From contig MU058584.1 of assembly GCA_013265495.1 (NCBI GenBank), forward strand, positions 5,028,508-5,092,507: a DNA stretch of 64,000 bases, read 5' to 3'. The translations under genes and the position numbers were made by a program. This document shows, piece by piece, positions 54,256-64,000 of this stretch (positions within the stretch are counted from its first letter, which is position 1; each line of letters starts with the position of its first letter). This stretch comes from Vicugna vicugna (lineage: Eukaryota). The notes under the pieces were generated by a model. It saw only the letters and a list, made by a program, of their open reading frames with translations, was not told the DNA's origin and did not search any database.

Positions 54256-54860
<605 letters not shown>

Positions 54861-55344
54861 TTGAAAAAAAGAGCGTATTTTTCCCTCATCTCTGAGCACC
54901 TCACCTCTCTCTGCCCTGCCCCACCCACCGCTAGCAAACCCCTGTATCTGTTCTCCAAACTAGCCTTCCAGGACCACACAGATATGCAGAGAGTGATTTC
55001 AAAACATCAAAATAAGAGGATGAAGGGACAGCATCATTTAGATTTCTGCAAGGCTGGGACGCCTGGTTTCTTTCAAGTTCTCAGCCCAACATCTTTTAAC
55101 CCTGAGTGTAAGCAGGGAATACCAGTCTGCAGGCTACTCTGAGAATTTTTAAGTCACATACGAAGCACAGTGGGCCCCTGGAGAGATAAGTGGGGCATCT
55201 CTACACTTACGCATCCTTCCGAGCTGCTGAAAGTAGACCAAGTACAACTAGGAACTGTCCTAGGCTCTCAAATGTGTAATAGGTTTAACCTGAAAAAAGC
55301 TTCTTTACACCCTTTGGTGTTTTTTTTCCCTTCCATGTTGAGTT

Positions 55345-55742
55345 TTCTTTTTTTTTTTTTTTATTGAAGTATAGTCAGTTTACCATGTGTCAATTTCTGG
55401 TGTACAGCATATTGTTTTAGTCATATCTGTACATACATATATTCCTTTTTGTATTCTTTTTCACTACAGGTTACTGTAAGATATTGAATACAGTTCCTTA
55501 AGCTATACAGTATAAACTTGTTTATCTATCCTACATATAGCAGTTATCATCTGCAAATCTCAAACTCCCAATTTATCCCTTCCTACCTCCCTTCCCCACT
55601 GATAACCATAAGTTGGTTTCTATGCCTGTGAGTCTGTTTCTGTTTTGTAAATAAGTTCATTTGTGTCTTTTTTTTTTCCCAGATTCCACCTATAAGTGAT
55701 ATCATATGGTATTTTTCTTTCTCTTTCTGGCTTACTTCACTT
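55345..55742 (-). mobile_element. L1 3' end, ~0.8 kb upstream of the DPT start
   Basis: Poly(T) then attgaagtatagtcagtttac...ctggcttacttcact; reverse complement of the L1 3' UTR type seen at 31990-32570. Confidence 0.88.
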
Positions 55743-56490
55743 TTTAATGAGGTTTAATTTATACGTAATAAAACTCACCTTTTCTAATGTTCAGCATACA
55801 GTCATTTAGCCAGCACCATAACCGAGGCATAGAACAGATCCATTAACCCCCAAGTCACACCCTCCCCATTATTCAGCCCCTGGTAACTCCTGATCTACTT
55901 TCTGTCGGTACAGTTTTGCCTTTTCCAGGATGTCAAATGGATGGGATCATAAAATACGCAATCTTCTGTGTCCGCCCCCTTTCAATAGCAATAATGCTTG
56001 CGACCACTCATCCATGTCTCTGTGTGTCAGTGGTTCGCTCCTTCGCGCTGCTGAGCGGGATTCTATGCTATGGCTGTACCACAGACTGCTTATATGTTTA
56101 CCACCTGAAAGACGTGGGGTGTTTTCCAGTTTTGGGTAATTATAAATAAAACTGCTATAAACATCCATGTACAGGTTTTTGTGTGAGCAAATTTTTTTTT
56201 CCCCATTAGGGCAGATACCTAAGAATAAGAGTGCTGAACATGAGGTAAGTGTGCATTTAGCTGTGTAAGAAACGATCTGATTTCTAAAGCGCTGAACCAC
56301 TGTGCACCCCTCCCAGAAAATTGCCATTTCTTTTATTTCAGCCATTTTAATAGGTTAATAGGTTTCCAGGGGTAGTTCAATGAGGTTTCTATTTGCATTC
56401 CCCTCATGACTAATAATTTTAAGCATCTTCTCATGTGTTTATTGGCCATCCGTCTGTTTCTTTGGTGATTCAGCTGTTCAGATCTCTTGA
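55743..56490 (-). mobile_element. Older L1M-type LINE fragment
   Basis: Typical antisense L1M text (ataaaactgctataaacatccatgtacaggtttttgtgtg; atttgcattcccctcatgactaat). Confidence 0.8.
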
Positions 56491-56557
56491 GCCTTTTGGG
56501 CATCATCTCCTAAGTGGGTAGTAGTTCTCATTTTTCATCAGGGCTGTTCTTAAGGAC

Positions 56558-56743
56558 GTTTCTTAAAATTGTGGTTGTTGACCAATAATCTCTTTAGCCC
56601 CTGTGGAAACTGTTAACGTGCAGATTCCTGGGTTCCACTCCAGATCTAGTAAATCATAACCTTACCGGTGGTGCCCACGTATCTATATTAAAAAAAATGG
56701 TCCACCAGGTGATTCTTACTCACATCAAAGCTGAAGAACCATT
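56558..56743. mobile_element. MER5-type MITE (diverged)
   Basis: tttcttaaaattgtggt...tgcagattcctggg...ccaggtgattcttactcacatcaaagctgaagaacca. Confidence 0.65.
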
Positions 56744-56882
56744 TTCCTAAAAGAATGTGAGCCAGGGGGGAAAAAAATCACTATAAATCCTACCCCTTGC
56801 CCAATGGATAAAATACTTACCAGATGGCATTTAGGCTAGATTAAGGTGAACTTGATGGAGAAAGTCACACATGGGAGGAAAG

Positions 56883-56892
<10 letters not shown>

Positions 56893-56932
<40 letters not shown>
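56893..56932. repeat. (TG)20 microsatellite
   Basis: Read directly from sequence. Confidence 0.95.
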
Positions 56933-56934
<2 letters not shown>

Positions 56935-57117
56935 GGGCACGTAATTTGCTCCATGATGCAGTTATCAAAGGGAGGGGAAGAGGCTTTGGGCTGGACAGGA
57001 CTATGAGTCCCAGTTTTGTTTTAGTACCATCTTCTCTTATCACTTCTATCCCTAAGTTAACTCCCCAGTGCTGGCAACCTGAGTCCTCCAACTACTCTAA
57101 TTTATGATATGCTGGAG

Positions 57118-57298
57118 CAATTATTCTCAACCCTGTCAGCACTTAAGAATTACCTGGGGAACCTTTGAAAAACACCAATGTCTGAGCCTCACCCCAGACC
57201 CATCAGATCAAGAGCTCCTGAACCAGGCCCAGACAAGAGGATCCTTGAAAACATTCCTGTATGACTCACACGTACAGCCAAGGTTGAGACCCACTACT
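57118..57298. mobile_element. MER5-type MITE (diverged)
   Basis: ttctcaaccctgtcagcacttaagaattacctgggga...cagccaaggttgagacccact. Confidence 0.65.
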
Positions 57299-57698
57299 AT
57301 AGAGGTTTTAAAACACATCATCCTGATGCTCGTGAATTATAGCCTGCATTCTGGATATGACTCACGAGCAATCTTGAACCTCAAAGAACTCCAAGAGACA
57401 ATACAAATCATCGTAAGCACTCATCTTTAGCACACATTCATTTCCCAACAACTTCTAGGCCCTCCCCGTTGCTGTTCCCAGCAGACCTCTCTTATCTTAC
57501 ATCTTGGAGCTTCCCTGGCCAAACATCCAGTGACGTGAAAAAGTAAATATCTTGACAGTTTAGGCTAGTTTGGATGTAGGCTCTTGCTACTCATTGTTGA
57601 AAGCAGCCTAACTCCTACAATTCCTCCAGAGACTGCTGAGGACTTGGAGCCAATTGCTGGAGGCCTCACCTGGAATCGTTCCCCTGAGCGTAAGTTTA

Positions 57699-57985
57699 TC
57701 ACATAGAAAACAAACCGTGGTTATCCAAGAGGAAAGCGGGGGTGGAGGGGAGGGATAAGTTAGGAGTTTGGGATTAACATATACACACTATTAAACATAA
57801 AGGAGATAAACAACAAGGACCTATGGTATAGCACAGGGAACTATAGTCAATATCTTGTAATAATCTACAATGGAAAAGAATCTGAAAAAAAATGCATATA
57901 ACTGAATCACTTTGCTGTGCACTTGAAACTAATACAACATTGTAAATTAACTATACTTCAATAAAAGAAAAATAAGAAATAAAAA
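57699..57985 (+). mobile_element. Short L1 3' end with 13-bp TSD
   Basis: L1 3' UTR plus A-rich tail, flanked by gagcgtaagttta (57686-57698) and gagtgtaagttta (57986-57998), differing by one CpG transition. Confidence 0.9.
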
Positions 57986-58379
57986 GAGTGTAAGTTTAAT
58001 GCACGTAGAGTTTACCATGCATCTTTAAACTCGGTTATCATGTTATCTTTCTCACAGCCTTATATATTAGTGAGGCATTACCGGGATTTGTTTTTCACAG
58101 ACGAGGAGATTGTAGTCAGGAAGTTTTCTGGTTCAAATTCCTAGAGCTAGAAGGGCAAGACCCCCAGGTCTTTTGATTCCTATTCTGTGATTCCTTTCAT
58201 TGTTTCATCAAAACTACAGTCCACTAATTACACATCAACATTTAGAAATAATTGCCAAATCCAGTATTTATAAGGTTAATAATAACACACACATACTAAT
58301 TTGCACTATGAATTTCTGCTGTTGTTGGCAAAGTATACTCAATAGTCCCTGAGGAACTTCAGGAACTAAATATTAAATC

Positions 58380-58558
58380 GGTAATTTTCAAAGTGTGGTT
58401 CTAGGAACCCACAGCATCAGCATCCCTAGGAATTTGCTAGAAATGCAAGGTCTCTGACCCTACTCCAGACCTACTGAATCAGACACTCTGGGGTAGGGCC
58501 CAGCAATACTCATTTTCACGAGCCCTCCAGGTGATCCGATGCATGCTGTAGAGCCACC
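58380..58558. mobile_element. MER5A hAT-Charlie MITE
   Basis: tcaaagtgtggttc...cagcatcagcatc...agaaatgcaa...ccagacctactgaatcagacactctgggg. Confidence 0.85.
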
Positions 58559-58804
58559 ATACACAAGATATCTCAGAAAACTCTACCCAAATTCTGGGGG
58601 TCACTCGGTAAGGAGTAATATAGAGATACTAAAGCCTGTCTAACCTCGACTCATTCATATTTATTCCAGAGCTCACAGCGTAATCCCTGGGCCCTCTCAC
58701 TTCCTAGTAGTAATGGACTTGAGATGTTTTGGAGAGACTCTGCCAATAAGCATTCCAAAAGCCTGGATGATTCTTCTTGTTTTTCTTCTTCTCCTCTTCC
58801 TCCT

Positions 58805-59475
58805 TCTAACAGCTTTACTGCAATATAATTTATACACCATACAATTCATCATTTAAGGTATATAATTCAATGGCTTTTGCTATTTTCACAGAGTTGTACC
58901 ACCATCAGCACAATCAGTTTTAGAACAGTTTTTAAAATCATCTAACAAGAAATTTTGTACCCATTAGCAATCACTCTCCATTTCCCCTCAACCTTTTAGC
59001 CCTAGGTAACCACTAATTTACTTTCTGTCCCTATGGATTTTTCTAACCTTGACATATTATATATATGGAATCATTCAATATTTGGTCTTTTGTGACTGGT
59101 CCTTCACTTAGCATAATATTTTCAAGGTTCTTCCACATTATAACATGTGTCAGTACTTCATTTCTTTTTAATGCCAAGCAATGTTCCACTGTATGGACAT
59201 ACCACATGCTATCCAACCATCATGAGTTGGTGGACATTTGGGTTGTTTCCACCTTTTGGCTATGAACATTCATATACAAGTTTTTGTGTGGCTCTATGCT
59301 TTTATTTCCCTTGGATGCATAACTAAGAGTGGAGTTGCTGGGCTGTGTAGTAATTCTGTGTTTAACTTTTTGAGGAACTGCCTGGCTGCTTTCCAAAGCA
59401 GATGCACCATTTTACATGCCTACCAGCAGTGTATGAGTGTTTCAATTTCTCTGCATCCTCACCAATACTTTTAAC
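58805..59475 (-). mobile_element. Older L1M-type LINE 3' fragment
   Basis: acagctttactgcaatataatttatacacc...ttccaaagcagatgcaccattttacatgcctaccagcagtgtatgag, a typical L1MB-like antisense 3' region. Confidence 0.85.
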
Positions 59476-60666
59476 TAGGTCTGAGTTCTTCTGAAAGCTG
59501 TGGAAAGCCAAAGCCATTCTGGTGAGACTTTTTGGAGCCTGGATTCACTCCTACCTGGCAGCTTCCTCAGAGATATAGTCCCTTCTTGAGAAATTCTAAA
59601 TATACTGCTTTGGCCTGATCTCAACAGGGAGCCCTAGAATGGATTTCAAATCAGCACAGCCCTCTGTGTGAGTTACTTTTAGACTTTCAGGATTGGAGAC
59701 GATCCTGTTGTATGTTGCCAGTTAAAACAATATACACTCACGGTGTCATTCTAGAGTAGACATAAGTCCACTGCAGTAACCTGGGCATGTCTGTTGGCTC
59801 TGTGTCCAAGCTATTGGGAAGTTGGAGGGCATGGCTTATCCTAGTGCCTGGATGAAGGTGACAGTCCCAGCTAAACAGATGCTTAACCTAGAATATTGAC
59901 TGGAAATTATTGGAGGGTTCTATTTTGCACACTTTCTTTTTTTACCCCTTTTAACTTCTGTGTATCATTAGGATTTGCAGTTCTCTGTGGCCAAAGTACA
60001 GGGTTTTCATATATATGCTGTCAGGAAAGATGACAAGTGTCTGCTGAACCATTCATAGCTTCCCTCCAAAAAGAATATTCAGCATCTTCATAGTTTGCGG
60101 AGGAAGGTCTTAAATAGTCTTGGCAAACCAGGCTGTCCTCTTCTTCCTCAAGCTTGCCAATTTTTGTATGATCTTTTGCCTTCTTAAGATAGAACCCACC
60201 TTTGTGCCATTTGAAGTTAGCCTTGACAGCTACCAGGGAAGTTAAAAATGCTCATATTAGAGGCAGTAGAGAAAGAGTAAAAGCCCAAGTTATGGAGAGA
60301 GAGGAGAGGAGATTGGGAGGGGTAGAATAAAGTGCACCTACTGTGTGCTAGACACCCTACTATGTGCTTTACATGTGATAGACTGGGTAATCTTCCAACA
60401 GTTCTAGGAAAAACATTTTATGGAAATGAGAAAATGAGGTTCAGAGGGAATTAGTAACTTGTCCTAATTTCACAGCTAGCACAAGGCACAAAAGGGACTT
60501 CACTGAATCCATCAGTCTGTTTCTCTTAATGAGGAGTGTATATTATCCCAGATAGTGACAGGACCTCAAAGCAGTGGCCCACGATCCTGAAAAGAGCAGG
60601 GGCTCCTGGAATCCAAATATCTGGGTTAGAATCCTGGTTCTACAAGTAAATCAAATGACATTAGAC

Positions 60667-60886
60667 CAGATTTTTTGACCTCGGCACTATTGATACTTTG
60701 AGCCAGATAATTCTTTGTGATGGAAACTGTCTTGTATATTATAAAATGCTGAGCAGCAACCCTGGCCTCTGTCCACTAGTTGCTAGTAGCATCTCCCCTC
60801 CCGACAATGTGACGCCCGAAAATGCCTCCAGACATTGCCGCACGTTCCCTGGTGGGGGCAAAATCATCTCTGGTTGAGAATCACTG
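60667..60886. mobile_element. MER20 hAT-Charlie MITE inserted into a MIR
   Basis: CAG...cactg termini with MER20-like body (ggcactattgatactttgagccagataattcttt); degenerate 8-bp TSD cattagac/agttagac. Confidence 0.85.
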
Positions 60887-62460
60887 AGTTAGACAAATCT
60901 GTTCTATTATCTGTAAAACAAGAGATAATAACCACCATGAGATTTTGGGGAGAATCAAAGCAAATCACCGTCTTGCAAAGCCTTTGTAAATTTTAACACT
61001 TGACATAAATGTAGGCTGTCATTATCACTTCAGAGAAACACTAGACACTGGATGGAGGGTCTCATCATACAAATCAGTGTGATAAACATCCCAGGGCCCT
61101 ACAGGCAGCTGAATATCCTTGTGCAGATATGTGACAGGTGGAATTAGCTGGGAATGAGCAAAACTGGGAGGGTGCTGTTTCACCACTCTCAGGAGCTCCA
61201 TTAATTCACGTAGATGAATGTGGATGGCAGAGGTCAGTGAGAGTGAGTTTTCAGGAAGAGATGTCAGGAGGACAGGGCTGGACAATGAAGGTGGAGAGTG
61301 AGGGAGGAGAATTCGGGAGGTTAGGAAGCAACAGGCAGCAGGAGGAGCCTTCAAGGTGGAGAGGGAGGTCTTCACATGCACTGGAACCAAGGTTGTGTCT
61401 GGGGAGTTAAGCCAGGTTAGCTCTGAGGCACTCATGGAAGGAAGCTCGCAGGGCTAAGTGCCTAATTAGTATTCGGGGGAATCTGTGAGGATGAATGAAG
61501 CCCAGAGACATGTAGGTGGCTGGAAATATTGCTTCAGTGAATACATTGTGTACTTGTAAGTGAAGCAGCAGACATCGAATACATGTAATCAGGAGATCGT
61601 GACCTGCTAGAGAACACCCTGAAGGAATGTCCATCCCAGTGGGGGAATGTGGATGCAGATGAGAAACAAAGAAACAATTCAATCAGAAAGCACTTAAGGG
61701 ATGTCATTCCAAGCCAACTTTCCTAATTTGAAATCCGCCTTACAAATACTTTCGCCTCTGTACACAAACCACACAGTCTAGCAGGTAGCAGGCTCTCAGT
61801 GCGTATTTGCCTCCTTCCATCTGCAGGACTTTGACATGATCCGGTTCGTCCTTGCATTGATAGAGGTGGTAAAGCTGGCTTTACTATTTCCATTTTACCA
61901 ATCTGGAAATGGAGGCTTTGAGAGGCACTGTCTAAAGTTATAGACGTTTTGAGTGACAGGGTGCTGATATAAACCCATGTCTCCCACTTCCAAATCGGGG
62001 ATCCTGAAGCTCCCCACATTGTTCTGACGGTCAGTCTCAGCTTTCTCAGGGGTCTGGAGGACTTGGGATCATGAGACTTGGTGTGTCCTGTAGGGAAGCA
62101 AGGTGACACATCCTGAGTGCCTTGGAAGATCCAGTTCATGAGCGTTTACCAACCCCTTCCCTCTGAGCATTTAGCAGGAGAAGGAGCCTCCTTAAAGGGG
62201 ACTTTCCACTCCAGGGGAGAGTATTTCCACTGTCTCTGCTGTTGCCCCTCCTCCCCAGCACGGTCTGTCCGCTGCTTCCGCTGGTCGTGCTGGTCCCTTA
62301 ACTACGATTCACACTCCTGCTCACTTTCCCGCCTCTGCACACTTGGACGTCCTTTGACACTGTACAAGCACTTAACCTCTGTGGGCCTCAGAAGCTGGAC
62401 TTGGCCACCTAGGAAGCCTGTCATCTCTCCTAACTCTAAAAACACATGCCGGCTCCAAAT

Positions 62461-62600
62461 CAGTGCTTCTCAAAGTGAGGTCCTCAGACCATCTGCGTCA
62501 AGGAATAATGTGCTAGAGGCAGATTCCTGGGGCTCCGTCAGCCCTACTGAAGTGGAACTCCTGGAGATGGGGCCCCAGGATCTGTATTTTCAATGAGCTT
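62461..62600. mobile_element. MER5A fragment
   Basis: cagtgcttctcaaagtgaggtcctcagacc...ctactgaagtggaactcctggagatggggcccc. Confidence 0.7.
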
Positions 62601-63539
62601 CCCCTCCCCCCAGCAGACTTTCCAAGTCTACAACCATAGGCTAGGGTGCGTATTCATTTCCCATGAATGTGTCTGACTTCATACATTTCCCTGAGTGAGG
62701 CAGAACCAGGCAAGGCTCCTCTGCCAACTCCCCAGCTGCTGGTCCAGGTCCAGGTGTGCCCCCGGCACCACGGCCCATGGGCTGCAGTGAGGGCTTTATC
62801 ATCCTGCTTTCATGGCGCACACCGGCGGCCTCCAGCTCACACACTGGCCACGAGGACAGCGACAGAGCAGAACTGAGAACCACAGCAAAGGCAGCAGCCC
62901 AGCCTCCCCTCCGGTCCCCGTCAACATCTTGGAGCTGAGCATGCTGCATGCTAATGACTTCTATTTTCTATCCTAGCTTCTTAAAATGCTGCAATATTAA
63001 CATCTACCAAAATAATTCACTCTCTGGCAGGGCGATTGCTTCATCTGAGCAGCAGCACTGATAGAGGCTGCAGCATTTCTGCTATGTTGCCAGAGCCATG
63101 CAGGGTGTGCGTGCGCACACATCTGTGCACATTCATGCACTCTTACCTACATGCACATACTTTACTTATAATCTACATGAAATTAAATAACACAGTATGT
63201 GGAAAGTGCCTGAAGAGGGCCTCGTACTAAAAAAAAAGGGGGGGGTTACGGTTTTGTGAGTGATGCACTGGACAATCTCCATTTCACTTTCCTTTCCCAC
63301 ACGCATCAGGACAAGTCAAAGGGATTCCTGATCTGTTTCCTGGACAAGATTTGCCTTTGACTTCCTGGAGGGAACAGTTTGCAAAGATGTGCATTTGGAT
63401 GGAGCAATATGAGTGGAAGGTAGAAGATTGGTGGGCAGAAGTGGGACTGGCTTCACAGTGAAGAAGGAACCACGAGGATGCTCCCCATCATCATGTAAGT
63501 GAGGAGCACATTCTTCTCCTACGGGGTAGCTGTCAGCCA

Positions 63540-63964
63540 CAAGCAGTCACTTCTCCTTCCTACAAGGTGCCCTGGGATGTTTTATGCACTGCATTAATGT
63601 GCTCTCCTGCCCTTGGGTTGGCCAATGGGAGGCACCAGGAGAATATTAAAGGATGAGAGGAAAGGGTCAAAATATTCATTTCCCTGCCTGCCAAGCCCTG
63701 GTAGGCAGTAGCTGGGTTTCTCACCATGAAGCCTCAGTCTCTGTTGGCTGGTCCCTCTTCCAAGGCTAGATTCCAGTAACATCACCCTTTACCCTGCCAC
63801 TTCCGGCCTGGGAGCACTGTTTCAGCTGTTTCTAGTGTAGCTGGCCCAGGTGTGGGTGTTCACCCTTAATCCTGCTCACATCTTTGTATATGGTTCTTTC
63901 ATTTATTCTCTCCAGTCATTCCTCCTGAGTATGTACCTACTTCCTGCCAGGACCTGACTGATAT
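63540..63964 (+). mobile_element. ERVL LTR (LTR33/LTR16-like)
   Basis: 3' terminus ...gagtatgtacctacttcctgccaggacctgactgatata resembles LTR33/16 ends; 5' limit approximate. Confidence 0.55.
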
Positions 63965-64000
63965 AAGAGATAACAGGCTGGATTCAATATAAGGCCAATT

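Noticed and set aside
62117..62596. 159-aa ORF
   Set aside because: Non-ATG start, runs into a MER5A element, and has no recognisable protein similarity.

Overview
Mammalian genomic DNA, most likely a camelid (alpaca/llama/camel), judged from three tRNA-derived vic-1-type SINEs. The window holds one complete protein-coding gene, dermatopontin (DPT), on the minus strand. Its four coding exons (54561-54257, 37784-37659, 25931-25824, 22230-22164) join by canonical GT-AG, all-phase-2 introns into a 606-nt CDS (201 aa). A promoter lies at ~54590-54860 and a likely poly(A) signal at 21098-21103. Intron 1 carries a ~4.5-kb decayed class I (gamma-like) endogenous provirus antisense to DPT: 5' LTR, PBS, gag, pro, RT, RNase H, with no integrase, env or 3' LTR. 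The rest is ordinary intronic/intergenic sequence with L1, L2, MIR, MER5/MER20 hAT MITEs, solo LTRs and microsatellites. Almost all of the supplied ORF track is non-coding noise. I found no convincing previously undescribed biological system. The best second-look items are a candidate L1 3' transduction, a ~105-bp local duplication of non-repeat sequence, the truncated antisense ERV with intact-looking promoter and splice signals, and a few DPT substitutions. Repeat family names come from recalled consensus similarity, not from a database search.
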